A DNA stretch of 34,284 nucleotides from Promethearchaeia archaeon (lineage in GTDB: Archaea; Asgardarchaeota; Lokiarchaeia; Sigyniarchaeales; SOKP01): NCBI GenBank assembly GCA_029856045.1, contig JAHQWG010000024.1, forward strand, positions 1 through 34,284. The letters are read 5' to 3'. The notes beneath the pieces were generated by a model. That model had not been told where the DNA came from, searched no databases, and saw only the letters and a list, made by a program, of their open reading frames with translations. The position numbers were made by a program, and so were the translations under genes. Shown here piece after piece: positions 1-9,806 of this stretch (positions are counted from its first letter, which is position 1; every line of letters begins with the position of its first letter).

Positions 1-1186
1 AAATATAATATTGGTTTGGTTCTTTATAATCAAGGTCGCAAGCAATAGATATATATTCAGTTATATTATCATTATTAATATCGGGAATTTCGTATATTTT
101 TACTCCGGATTTCATAAATATTCTTTTAACTGATGTATAAGGAGAAATAGTTAGTTGAGATGAATATATTGGATCAGTAATATTAGCCATATCATAACAT
201 AAAACATTATCCAACTCAAGACCTGAAGCCCCAGAAATTAATCTTAAATATCCATCATCAGCAGCAATAAGAATATCATCATAATTATCATAATTAATAT
301 CACTAATAATTTTAATATCGTCAATAGAATTAGGAACCTCTACTTCACCATACCCCATTCCTACATAAGCTGGGAGTGCTGTTTTCTGAACATCAAATGT
401 CCAGAGACTTATCCCATCTTTTGAGTCAAAAGCCCCTAATTTTCCCTCCTCCGAACCAGAAATAATGGTATCAAATCCATTACCATTTATATCTTCTAAC
501 ACTTCTAATTTCCAAATATCATTAGTAAAATCATTGTTTTTTATCCATAATTCATTTCCATCTTTTCCACTCACGACAATCAATCTGAACCATGAAGAAA
601 TTGCAATTTCAGGCACAGAATCATCATTAATATCATTAATAATTTTGATATCCCAAGTATTGGTAATAAAATCATGCGTTGCATATGTTGTAGGATCAAT
701 ACCTTCTATTGTAGGTTTAAATTTCCATATTTCTGAGCCATTGTTGGAAGCTATTGCAATTACATTCGGATATTCTTGATCATAGGTAATAAGAACAAGA
801 TCATCTGCTAAATCACCTGAAATATCCTTGATAGTTTCAAAATTAATAACACTTCCAAATGTCTTATAACTAATATTGATTAATCCATTTAAAGTGATTG
901 TTGCAATACCCCCATCTGTTCCGACGATTATAAATTTTTCTCCTCCACTAGTAAAACTAACTAATCTTGGTTGCATTGTGGCCCCTGTACCTGGTAATCC
1001 TTTACCTAATTTCCATAATATTGAATCTACACCAGAGTCTTCTGCTTGGGTTTTAATATTATTATTTAAATCTGGATTAGCATAATTCAATGGAATCATA
1101 CTTATCAAGGGCATTATTAAGATAAGAATTAAGAAACTCAGTCCTAAGATTTTCCTTGTTAATCTTTTCTTTAAAATGATTTTCAT
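1..1186 (-). CDS. Secreted or membrane-anchored beta-propeller protein with FG-GAP/PQQ-like repeats (runs off the left window edge; absent from the ORF track)
   Basis: Manual translation from ATG at 1186 gives MKIILKKRLTRKILGLSFLILILIMPLISMIPLNYANP (basic then hydrophobic N-terminus). It continues with repeated DISGDLADDL, DINDDSVPEI, DINGNGFDTI, DINYDNYDDI, DINNDNITEY loops and G-x-x-(I/L)-W motifs (NGSEIWKF, DGNELWIK, DGISLWTF). The frame stays open to the window edge. Confidence 0.8.
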   Translation of the reverse strand, partial: MKIILKKRLTRKILGLSFLILILIMPLISMIPLNYANPDLNNNIKTQAEDSGVDSILWKLGKGLPGTGATMQPRLVSFTSGGEKFIIVGTDGGIATITLNGLINISYKTFGSVINFETIKDISGDLADDLVLITYDQEYPNVIAIASNNGSEIWKFKPTIEGIDPTTYATHDFITNTWDIKIINDINDDSVPEIAISSWFRLIVVSGKDGNELWIKNNDFTNDIWKLEVLEDINGNGFDTIISGSEEGKLGAFDSKDGISLWTFDVQKTALPAYVGMGYGEVEVPNSIDDIKIISDINYDNYDDILIAADDGYLRLISGASGLELDNVLCYDMANITDPIYSSQLTISPYTSVKRIFMKSGVKIYEIPDINNDNITEYISIACDLDYKEPNQYYI

Positions 1187-1328
1187 ATATAAATCACATT
1201 TGATTTCTTTTTAAATTGCTATTTAAAGTAAATAAAGGTATAATAGTTACCTTAGAATATTATTATTCACTTCCTTTATTTAATGTTTTATGTTTTTATA
1301 AAAATTTTAATTAATAATCGGATCGGAT

Positions 1329-2078
1329 ATGAAAAAAGTAAATAATATAATTGATTTTTTAGAAAGAAATACCGATTTAGATAATCAAAATAATAATTCT
1401 TTAGATGAGTTAAATAATCAAATTCTTAAATTGGCTAAAAATCCAAGTTCCAACAATTTACAAATAATTATTTCATTAATAAAAAAAATGTCACCGGAAT
1501 TAATTGCAAAAGTTATATTAAATCTTGTTTATGCTATTGGAGAAATCGGAAAAAGTAATGAAATCCCATCCGATATAATCAAATTTTTAAATGATTTTTA
1601 TTATAAATCCGATCAATGGGTAAGAAAGGAAATAATTGAATCATTAGGTAAAATTGGAAAGAGCCAAGATTTCGATGAAAACTCGATTCAACTATTTTAC
1701 AATTCTTTAAAAGATGATTATGTTGAGTTAAGACTAAAAACATTAGAGATTTTAGCAACAAATAAGAAATATCTATCAATTAAATATGCTTACATTCTAA
1801 TATCTTTCTTAGATAATCAAAATTTTGCCATAAAAGAGAATGCATCAAAAATATTGAAGATGCTTATAAAAGAAGAGAATACTTTAGTTGAAATTTTAAC
1901 AAATTCTAAATTAAAATTAAATAAATTTCACATAAGGAATTTGGTAGTTCTTTTTTCAGATTCTATTTTCAAATTACATAAGTTAAAAGAGGCAATAGAT
2001 AATTCAAATTTAGCGGAGAAAATTAAGGAAATCTTTTTTTCAGAGATTGATACTATAATTAAAATAATAAGTAAATAA
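1329..2078 (+). CDS. HEAT/ARM-repeat alpha-solenoid protein
   Basis: HEAT-like units: LVYAIGEIG, DQWVRKEIIESLGKIG, LKDDYVELRLKTLEIL, LDNQNFAIKENASKIL. Confidence 0.75.
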   Translation: MKKVNNIIDFLERNTDLDNQNNNSLDELNNQILKLAKNPSSNNLQIIISLIKKMSPELIAKVILNLVYAIGEIGKSNEIPSDIIKFLNDFYYKSDQWVRKEIIESLGKIGKSQDFDENSIQLFYNSLKDDYVELRLKTLEILATNKKYLSIKYAYILISFLDNQNFAIKENASKILKMLIKEENTLVEILTNSKLKLNKFHIRNLVVLFSDSIFKLHKLKEAIDNSNLAEKIKEIFFSEIDTIIKIISK

Positions 2079-2088
2079 GTAATGTTTT

Positions 2089-4008
2089 TTATTTTCTTTT
2101 TTTTGTGATATCCATGGTAAAGGTTGTAATTCCTCCTTCAATTTGCGTTCCAATTAATGGATATCCTGAATTATGAATTATATGAAGCATTGGTTTATTT
2201 TGCAAAAGTATTGATCCAGAAAATGTATTATATCGCAATTCACGTGCAATAGTTGCTAAATAATTTAATAAATATTTTGAAATACCCAATCCTCGCCATT
2301 CTTTACGCACAGTAAAAGCTAATTCACTATTTGAAGGCATAAACGTCTTAAAAAATCCACCTATTCCTACAATTTTTGCATTTCCATTATTTTCATATAT
2401 AGCAACTATGATCATATCCGTCGAATAGTCAATATTGACATAAGGTTGAATTTTTTTGTGTCGAAAATCCATAATAGGCGAAAAAAATCTATAATATCGA
2501 TCTTGTTTATCTAAGGAATAGTAAAGGTCTTGTAACATTCTTTCATCAGTTGGTTTTATAGGTCGAATTTCTAATGAAACATTATTTGATAAGATTAATC
2601 TAGTCTCATACTTTTCAGGATATAAACAAATTCTCCCATCAACTGAAATTGGTAATTTTTGATCTGAATACACGTAATGCCATTTTTTTGCATGTTCTAG
2701 TAATTCTTCCCGAAAATCCGGATGTGCTATATTAATCATCTGAAGAACTCTTTCTCTTATACTTTTTCCAAATAAATATGCTATTCCCCATTCAGTTATA
2801 ACGTAATGAACATCTCCACGCGTAATTACAACTCCTGTCCCTTGTGCTAAGTAAGGCACTATTCTTGAAATAACTTTTCCATCTAGTAGAACAGCCGTTG
2901 AGGGTAAAACTATAATTGGCTTTCCTTCTTTACATCTTCCCGCTCCTCTAATAAAATCTACTTGCCCTCCTATACCACTGTAAAAATTATGTCCAAGGGA
3001 ATCTGCATTAACTTGCCCTGTTAAATCTACAGTGAGTGCTGCATTTATTGCAACTTGCTTTCTATTTTGAGCAATAATGAATGGATCATTAACATAATCA
3101 GATGGGTGAAATTCAACACTTGGGTTATCATCAACAAAATCATAAAGTCTGCGAGAACCCATCACAAAAGAAGTAATAATTTTATCTTTATGAATTGTTT
3201 TCTTTTTACAAGTCACAATACCTTTTTCAACTAAATCAACCACACCATCTGAAAAAACCTCACTATGAACACCAAGATCTTTTTTATCATCTAAATATCT
3301 CGTAAATGCATTAGGAATCTGACCAATACCCATTTGTAGAGTTGACTCATTTTCAATTAATGAAGCTACAAATTTTCCAATTTTATTTGCAACTTCATTT
3401 GGAGGTTCATAATTAAATTCAATTATATTGTGATCAGATAAAATAAATGCATCAATATCATTCATATGAATAAATGAATCACCCAATGTTCTCGGCATAT
3501 TGGGATTGATTTCGGCTACAACAAAATTAGCTTCTTCCGTAATTGGCTTCACTATATCGACATTAATCCCAAAACTACAGAATCCAAATTTATCTGGAGG
3601 ACTAATTTGGATAAGGGCAGTATCCAAATGCATATGTCCTTGCTTAAAAAGACGAGGAATCTCAGATAAAAGCATTGGAGTATAATCTGCTAATCCTTCT
3701 TGAATCGCTTTTCTAAGGCTTGCTCCAATAAAAAAAGCGTTATGTCTAAAAAGATCTTCTATTCCACTAGCGGTTTCATAATAATTAAGATCACTAAGGC
3801 TTAAAAAATGTAATATCTCAACATCTGGAAGCGTTGGTCCAAGTTCTATTAATTTTTTAATAAGATCAATGGGTTCAGAACAACCGGAGTCAATGAAGAT
3901 CCTATCTCCTGGTTTAATGAATTTTGTAATTGCCTTCTCTATTGAAACTTGCTTTTTGGAATAGTTTTTTAGCCATTCAGGATTTTTATTAATATTTTTA
4001 TTGGGCAC
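2089..4008 (-). CDS. Acetyl-CoA hydrolase/4-hydroxybutyrate CoA-transferase family protein fused to a C-terminal GNAT acetyltransferase domain
   Basis: TLQMGIGQIP, GVHSEVFSDG (catalytic Glu motif), SGIGGQVDFIRGA and VITEWGIA mark the CoA-transferase. The C-terminal IRPIKPTD...ELAFTVRKEWRGLGI...N-x-x-M is a GNAT of the Pat type. Confidence 0.9.
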   Translation of the reverse strand: MPNKNINKNPEWLKNYSKKQVSIEKAITKFIKPGDRIFIDSGCSEPIDLIKKLIELGPTLPDVEILHFLSLSDLNYYETASGIEDLFRHNAFFIGASLRKAIQEGLADYTPMLLSEIPRLFKQGHMHLDTALIQISPPDKFGFCSFGINVDIVKPITEEANFVVAEINPNMPRTLGDSFIHMNDIDAFILSDHNIIEFNYEPPNEVANKIGKFVASLIENESTLQMGIGQIPNAFTRYLDDKKDLGVHSEVFSDGVVDLVEKGIVTCKKKTIHKDKIITSFVMGSRRLYDFVDDNPSVEFHPSDYVNDPFIIAQNRKQVAINAALTVDLTGQVNADSLGHNFYSGIGGQVDFIRGAGRCKEGKPIIVLPSTAVLLDGKVISRIVPYLAQGTGVVITRGDVHYVITEWGIAYLFGKSIRERVLQMINIAHPDFREELLEHAKKWHYVYSDQKLPISVDGRICLYPEKYETRLILSNNVSLEIRPIKPTDERMLQDLYYSLDKQDRYYRFFSPIMDFRHKKIQPYVNIDYSTDMIIVAIYENNGNAKIVGIGGFFKTFMPSNSELAFTVRKEWRGLGISKYLLNYLATIARELRYNTFSGSILLQNKPMLHIIHNSGYPLIGTQIEGGITTFTMDITKKRK

Positions 4009-4098
4009 ATAATTACTAATGAAGATTCCTTCTAATATTTTATTTTATTTTTAAAAAGAGAGAGGTGATTTGATATATAACCTTTTATCCATCTCTAT

Positions 4099-6267
4099 TT
4101 ATTTTTTACTTATGCAATGTCCATTTTTAATTTTAAAATTCTCACATTTAGAACAAAATCCAAATCCATTGATTTTCTCCTTTAATCCATAATTCCAACA
4201 GAGAGGACATAAATAATAATCAAAATATTTACCATTTTTTGATGTTTTTATTCTAAATACATTAAAGCCACATTTTTGACAGTTAGCATTCTTTAGAATG
4301 GAAATAGTCCCTCTTTGAGGTAAAGCAAAAGTAGTTTTACAATCTTCTGACTTACAAGCCAAAAATCTTGTTTTCTTTTTTGTTCTTATAACAACCATCG
4401 GTGCTTTTTTGCATACCGAGCATAGAGATTTAGTTTCTTGCCGCTTCTTTTCTTGAATTGAAATTTGTGAATCTTCAAACTTTTTTAAAAAGATAGGTTT
4501 CCGCTTCCTGAATTTATCAAATAAATTTAGAAATTCTTGCCTAATTTTATCGGATATTAACTTCCAGTCAGATATTCCCTCTTTGATCTGTTCCAAATGA
4601 GTTTCTATGTGAGCAGTGAAACTGGGTTGCAAAAACTCTAACCAAATATCTTTTAGATTTTCAATTAGAGTATAACCCAATTCTGTAATGTGAGCGGATA
4701 ATTTTTTTCTTTTAATATAACCTCTATCCAGTAATAGTTTGATCATACTAGGTCTCGTACTTTTTGTACCGATTTTGTTTATTTCCATCAGCTTTATTAA
4801 GCTGTTATCTGTGTATCTTGGCAGTGGTTTTGTTTCCCTATCTTCGAGTTTAATTGATTCGATGTCTAATTCCTTTTCCTTATCAGGAAGGATTAAAGGT
4901 GGATTATATTTCTGCATTAAGAATGGAGCAATTTCATATGGTCCTTTATCTATCAATACATCATTTTTTAAAACAAAGTCTTCATTTCCGACGGAAAAGA
5001 TACACTTAGTTTTAATTGCCTTTCCCGGGCTAGAAAAAAGTGATAAATAATATCTCGCGAGTAGGTCGTATACTTTGGAATGGAGTTGGGAAGGAAAGAT
5101 TTTATCTGTTAAATCTACACTTTTTATCGTAGTGATTGGAGGGTGGTCCTGTGCATCTTTTTTACCTTGATTGGGAACAGTTCTATTTTTATTTATTAAG
5201 AATCGAGAGAAATCTCCATAATCTGTATGTGTAAGAAATTGAGTAATATTTTCTATATGGTTAAAATTTTCCTTATATTTGTCTGTATCCGTTCTTGGAT
5301 AGGTAATTAACTGATTAAGATAAAGATCTTCCATAATCTTCAATGCATGTATAGCTGTAACATTTGAATGTTTAATAATAAGTTGTAAGGCTTTAGAAGT
5401 ATTTAGAGGTGTGGGAGGATATTTCAAAATGGTTCTAGAATTTTTATTTTTTATGTATCCATTTCTTTCATTCCGAATTTTGTTAAAAACAGTTTCTGCA
5501 GTTTTCTTATCTTGAATGGGATTTTTAAGATTCGGGCAAACATATTTGAACCCATTATTCTCTACGATCGCATTAATTACCCAAAACGGTTTTGGTATAA
5601 ATTTTCTAATTTGAGTCTCTCTTAAAAATATTAGATATAAAAGACATGTTTGAACTCTTCCAATAGAAACGAATTGCACATTAGCTTTCTTTATCAAAGA
5701 CTTCAATGTTAAAGAAACTTCTCTTGTGGCTGAAAAACCGATAATTGCATCGATAATAGCCCGTGCCTCACCTGCATAAGCCCAACCCCATTTAGGTTGT
5801 ATCTGATTGTTATAAGCTCTAATAATATCCTGTTTTTGAAGCGAACTAAGCCATAATTGACTTATCTTAGTAATATTTTTAGAATTTTTTACAACTGAAT
5901 ATGCGTCAACTAAGCCTATATTACAACCCTCGACATCCGCATCGGTACCTATGATACAAGAATTAACATTCGCTTTCTTAGAGACAGATTCTAATAAACG
6001 GATGTAGTTATTTGCATATATAGAAGGGAATTTAAAAATTGAGTCGGAATTTATTAAAATATCACGGGGATCAGTCTTAGTCCAACTCTTATACTTATCG
6101 GTATTACGATATTCTTTAATATGACCGCGTAGAGGAACTACATAAATATTTTTATCTTTAATGTAATAATAGGATAATTTATTAAATAATAATTTATCAG
6201 GTATCCCTATTGCATTTGCAATAGCTTCTGCTGCCTTTCTTTTTTCACAAATTATTAATTCATTCAA
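4099..6267 (-). CDS. topA: DNA topoisomerase type IA (archaeal TopA/Topo III type) with C-terminal Zn-ribbons
   Basis: Toprim ICEK and TDADVEG, SIGRVQT, catalytic ITYPRTD, DHPPIT, IGTKSTR, and several C-terminal CxxC pairs. Confidence 0.95.
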   Translation of the reverse strand: MNELIICEKRKAAEAIANAIGIPDKLLFNKLSYYYIKDKNIYVVPLRGHIKEYRNTDKYKSWTKTDPRDILINSDSIFKFPSIYANNYIRLLESVSKKANVNSCIIGTDADVEGCNIGLVDAYSVVKNSKNITKISQLWLSSLQKQDIIRAYNNQIQPKWGWAYAGEARAIIDAIIGFSATREVSLTLKSLIKKANVQFVSIGRVQTCLLYLIFLRETQIRKFIPKPFWVINAIVENNGFKYVCPNLKNPIQDKKTAETVFNKIRNERNGYIKNKNSRTILKYPPTPLNTSKALQLIIKHSNVTAIHALKIMEDLYLNQLITYPRTDTDKYKENFNHIENITQFLTHTDYGDFSRFLINKNRTVPNQGKKDAQDHPPITTIKSVDLTDKIFPSQLHSKVYDLLARYYLSLFSSPGKAIKTKCIFSVGNEDFVLKNDVLIDKGPYEIAPFLMQKYNPPLILPDKEKELDIESIKLEDRETKPLPRYTDNSLIKLMEINKIGTKSTRPSMIKLLLDRGYIKRKKLSAHITELGYTLIENLKDIWLEFLQPSFTAHIETHLEQIKEGISDWKLISDKIRQEFLNLFDKFRKRKPIFLKKFEDSQISIQEKKRQETKSLCSVCKKAPMVVIRTKKKTRFLACKSEDCKTTFALPQRGTISILKNANCQKCGFNVFRIKTSKNGKYFDYYLCPLCWNYGLKEKINGFGFCSKCENFKIKNGHCISKK

Positions 6268-6509
6268 TATCTTTACTAGAAAAGTGAGAGAATTTGTTTT
6301 CTATAAAAAATCTTAATAATTGTATAATTTAAATAAATATATTACTAGTATGTATCTGAATTTTTAATATATTTTCCGAGAGGATGTATATAAATAAAAA
6401 TTTTTACGTTAAATCATCATAATCAACTATTAAGGATCTATAATTGTAATATTTAAGAAATATCATCATACACGTAAGATTTAAAATCTTAAGTTTATTA
6501 GTGTAAATC

Positions 6510-7808
6510 ATGGAAATTATTAGTGCTATTCTTGTTTTTATTATTTTTATTATCATTCTTATTTCATATAGTAAGGAAAAATTGGATTTTGTAAGTATTT
6601 CCTTGTTGGGAATGATCTTATGCATAGTTATTGTAAGTCTAAGCACACCAATTACATTTGAAGAATTTATGGATTATATTGAATTTAAAGCGCTTATTGT
6701 TATTTTAAGTATGCAAATAATTACTCAAATTTTACAAGAGTCGAATGTATTGGAATATGTTGCAATTAGGATGTTTCGTTTGTCAAGGGGAAATCAGCGA
6801 TTATTTTTATATATAATTTGTTTGACTGGAGCTATATTAGCTGCAGTAATTTCTGATGTTGTTGTTGCATTAATCTTAGTTCCAATAATAATAAGGATAT
6901 GTAATTTTTTAAAAATAAAAGCTGGCACTTATTTACTTGGTTTAACAATTATTATTAATATTGGAAGTATTCTTACACCATTTTCTTCTGGAGAAAATAT
7001 TATTATCGCCCAACATTTCCAACTTGATACACTTTATTTTATTACGTACTACTGGCCCATCGCATTAATATCACTTTTCCTAACAATTCTTTTTATTGAC
7101 ATCCTAATATTAAGAAAAGAACCAAAAATGGAGCCTGAGCAAAGTCAATTAATAATGGAGATCCTTGATCCATCGATGGTAATAACTAATAAGAAATTAT
7201 TCACATTCAATGGAATAGTTTTTCTATTAACAATAATATGTTTTGTTATATTTCCAGAAATATATATTATAGCATTAATTTCAGCTATGTGCATGGTTCT
7301 TGTAAATAATAAACGCGGAGATCGTCCTTTAAAAGAAATTTTAAAAGAGATCAATTGGGAAGTTATATTCTTTTTAATTGCGTTATTTGTAGTGATTGGA
7401 TGTTTGCAAATTGTTGGAATCTTTGATTTGTTTCAATTGGGCGCATTACAAGATTTTAATATATATATCGTAAGTCTAATAATTTTATTGAGTGTAAGTT
7501 TATTGTCAGGAGTTTTAGCAAACACTCCTACAATGTTAGTTTTTTTACCAATTGTTGATAGTTTGATTGGAGATTATAATTTTTCATCAGTTCCCCTAAT
7601 ATTTGCTTTATTAATTGCTGTAAATTTGGGGGGGAATATCCTGCCCCAAGGTGCTATGTGTGATGTGTTTACCCTTAAAATGGCTCAAGAAAATAAGGTA
7701 GAAAATTTCACTTTTAAAAGATTATTAAAAAATGGAGCGATTTTTGCAGGAATTCATATTTTAATTGCATCAATATACTTAATTTTTCTATGTTTATTTT
7801 ATGGATGA
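6510..7808 (+). CDS. ArsB/NhaD/SLC13 (IT superfamily) permease
   Basis: About 11-12 hydrophobic segments; NIGSILTPFSSGENIII, INWEVIFF, SGVLANTP and NLGGNILPQGA motifs. Confidence 0.88.
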   Translation: MEIISAILVFIIFIIILISYSKEKLDFVSISLLGMILCIVIVSLSTPITFEEFMDYIEFKALIVILSMQIITQILQESNVLEYVAIRMFRLSRGNQRLFLYIICLTGAILAAVISDVVVALILVPIIIRICNFLKIKAGTYLLGLTIIINIGSILTPFSSGENIIIAQHFQLDTLYFITYYWPIALISLFLTILFIDILILRKEPKMEPEQSQLIMEILDPSMVITNKKLFTFNGIVFLLTIICFVIFPEIYIIALISAMCMVLVNNKRGDRPLKEILKEINWEVIFFLIALFVVIGCLQIVGIFDLFQLGALQDFNIYIVSLIILLSVSLLSGVLANTPTMLVFLPIVDSLIGDYNFSSVPLIFALLIAVNLGGNILPQGAMCDVFTLKMAQENKVENFTFKRLLKNGAIFAGIHILIASIYLIFLCLFYG

Positions 7809-7879
7809 AATTTTTTATAAGTATAACATAACTTTTTATTATACAAAACTAAAAATTATTTAAATTAATTTTTTCAAGG

Positions 7880-8392
7880 TTGACATTTATGAATAAAATA
7901 GGGTTTTGCTCAGGAATTTTAAGTATTATTATTAGTTTTCTTCAATCTATTCCTTTAGGAATTTACTTCGCCTCTGGAATTTCTTCCTATGCATCAATTT
8001 CACTAAATTTGTTCAGTAATAACAATGTTGATTTTTTTATCTGGGGAACTATCGATCAATCAACATTAGTGGTTCACTCATGGTTAGAATCTAATTTAAT
8101 TAGTTTCTTCATGTTAAATCTTTTTATGATAATTACCGGGATTATAACTATAGTGGGAAGTACAATAGAAAAAATTTCGGGTAAGGCAATAATGTCCCTT
8201 AGTTCATTATTAATACTTATTGTAATCATTTATATCTCTATCTTTATACCGCTAAATAGTATCGAGTTAATTGGCATTTCAATAGATATAATGGGTTTAT
8301 TCACCTCTCTTGGAAATGGTTATTATATATTAATAATTAATTTTACACTCGCTTTAGTTTCTATACGCACTCATCCCCTTGAGACCGATTAA
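7880..8392 (+). CDS. Hypothetical four-TM membrane protein (paralogue of the next gene); ATG start probably at 7889
   Basis: Four hydrophobic segments; shares KxGFxxGxLSIII, WG and GxGYY motifs with 8437..8916. Confidence 0.7.
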   Translation: MTFMNKIGFCSGILSIIISFLQSIPLGIYFASGISSYASISLNLFSNNNVDFFIWGTIDQSTLVVHSWLESNLISFFMLNLFMIITGIITIVGSTIEKISGKAIMSLSSLLILIVIIYISIFIPLNSIELIGISIDIMGLFTSLGNGYYILIINFTLALVSIRTHPLETD

Positions 8393-8436
8393 ACATAAAT
8401 TAAATTAAAAATAGAATATGTTGGAGAAAATTTAAA

Positions 8437-8916
8437 ATGGGTTTAAGGAAGACTGGATTTGCAGCTGGATTCCTTTCAATAATAATAGCTTTTATTGCAG
8501 GGGTTCCATTTAGTTTTACAAATGAGACAGCTAATTCCATCTTAAATTTTTCAATTTTGATTATCAATAATGTAGAATACTTTTCTTGGGGCTATATTTC
8601 CAATAATGTTGGATATACATCACTTGGATTTAATTCAATTGAAAATTTAATAACAATATTAATTTGGCTGCTTTTTTTTTTACCTGGATTGTTTGGAATA
8701 ATGGCATCTTCCCCTAAATCAATTCCTGAATATTCGAAAAAACTATATAAATTAAATATTTTATTTATATCATTAATCTTGTTTATTTATACTTTAGATT
8801 ATATTTTTAGTTTATTTTCTAGCTTATCTTCTGCATTTTTTGGATTTGGATATTATTTATTATATATAATCCTTATTCTAAATATAATTTCGATAAAAAT
8901 TTTAAAAAAGTCATAA
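8437..8916 (+). CDS. Hypothetical four-TM membrane protein (paralogue of the previous gene)
   Basis: Same motif layout as the upstream gene; GGAG upstream of the ATG. Confidence 0.72.
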   Translation: MGLRKTGFAAGFLSIIIAFIAGVPFSFTNETANSILNFSILIINNVEYFSWGYISNNVGYTSLGFNSIENLITILIWLLFFLPGLFGIMASSPKSIPEYSKKLYKLNILFISLILFIYTLDYIFSLFSSLSSAFFGFGYYLLYIILILNIISIKILKKS

Positions 8917-8977
8917 AATAATCTTTTCTAAATTAACTCGATTCTCTTCAAAATTCTTAAAAAAAAGAAACACGTTA

Positions 8978-9340
8978 TTAGAGAGATTTATAATCTGCAA
9001 AAGCCGCACGTGCTAACCCAACATAATTATCCGAAATCTTGTAATAATTTGTATCATTTTTAGATTTTTTAATTAAAAAATTTGTATCTATTTTCTTTTT
9101 TAATGAAGTCATCATTGTACTTAATGTTACTATACCAATATAGCCAAATCTTTTCGCAAACCTAACTAATTCATTTTCTGAATGCCAATTACCGTCTAAC
9201 ATGATTTCTATGAGTCTATTTTTTCTAACATCTTTAATTCTCTGAATACGATTTAATAACATTGTATAATTAGGCTTATAATATATTTCCTCAATTTTAG
9301 ACAAATCATCTATTTTTTCCATTTTCTTCTTCAAAACCAC
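8978..9340 (-). CDS. Small basic protein, probable winged-helix DNA-binding fold
   Basis: RLIEIMLDGNWHSENELVRFAK...TLSTMMTSLKK...FLIKKSKNDTNYYKIS fits three helices plus a wing hairpin. Confidence 0.55.
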   Translation of the reverse strand: MVLKKKMEKIDDLSKIEEIYYKPNYTMLLNRIQRIKDVRKNRLIEIMLDGNWHSENELVRFAKRFGYIGIVTLSTMMTSLKKKIDTNFLIKKSKNDTNYYKISDNYVGLARAAFADYKSL

Positions 9341-9444
9341 TATTATGGAATTAAAATTAAATATAAATAAATTATAAAAAAATTAAAAATAAGATAATAT
9401 TCAGGTATTACATTTTATTTTACATAATTGGAGTGTAGAAAAAA

Positions 9445-9756
9445 GTGTCTGAGAAAGTTAATAATATAAAATCTATTATAAAATTAAGTGATTATATCAA
9501 AAACGAAGAAAATTTTAAACATTTATTTGAAATTCAACTTACTCCACCAAATTTAAAAAATTTTAGACCCAGATTTAATTTTGATAAAGGTGGAACTCTA
9601 TTAGTTGGTGATTTAGTTCTAAACCTTGAAGAAGAACAATTTTTAGAGAGTCATCCCTTTCCCGAATGGGTTGTACAATTAATATCAATAGAAAAATTTT
9701 TTTACTTCTCATTTTTTTACCGTTTTTTATTTTTACTAAACCTTAAAATTTTATAG
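9445..9756 (+). CDS. Hypothetical protein, possibly a truncated gene remnant
   Basis: GTG start with GGAG upstream. The first ~80 aa look protein-like; the last ~20 aa are Phe-rich and derive from T-rich DNA. Confidence 0.4.
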   Translation: MSEKVNNIKSIIKLSDYIKNEENFKHLFEIQLTPPNLKNFRPRFNFDKGGTLLVGDLVLNLEEEQFLESHPFPEWVVQLISIEKFFYFSFFYRFLFLLNLKIL

Positions 9757-9806
9757 AAAATTATCTTCAGTTCTTAATATCATACAACAATGGAATATTT
9801 TAAGAA

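Noticed and set aside
465-1085. Plus-strand ORFs 465..779 and 876..1085
   Set aside because: Antisense shadows of the minus-strand beta-propeller gene
4099-6267. Reverse gyrase
   Set aside because: No N-terminal helicase domain; the length fits a plain type IA topoisomerase
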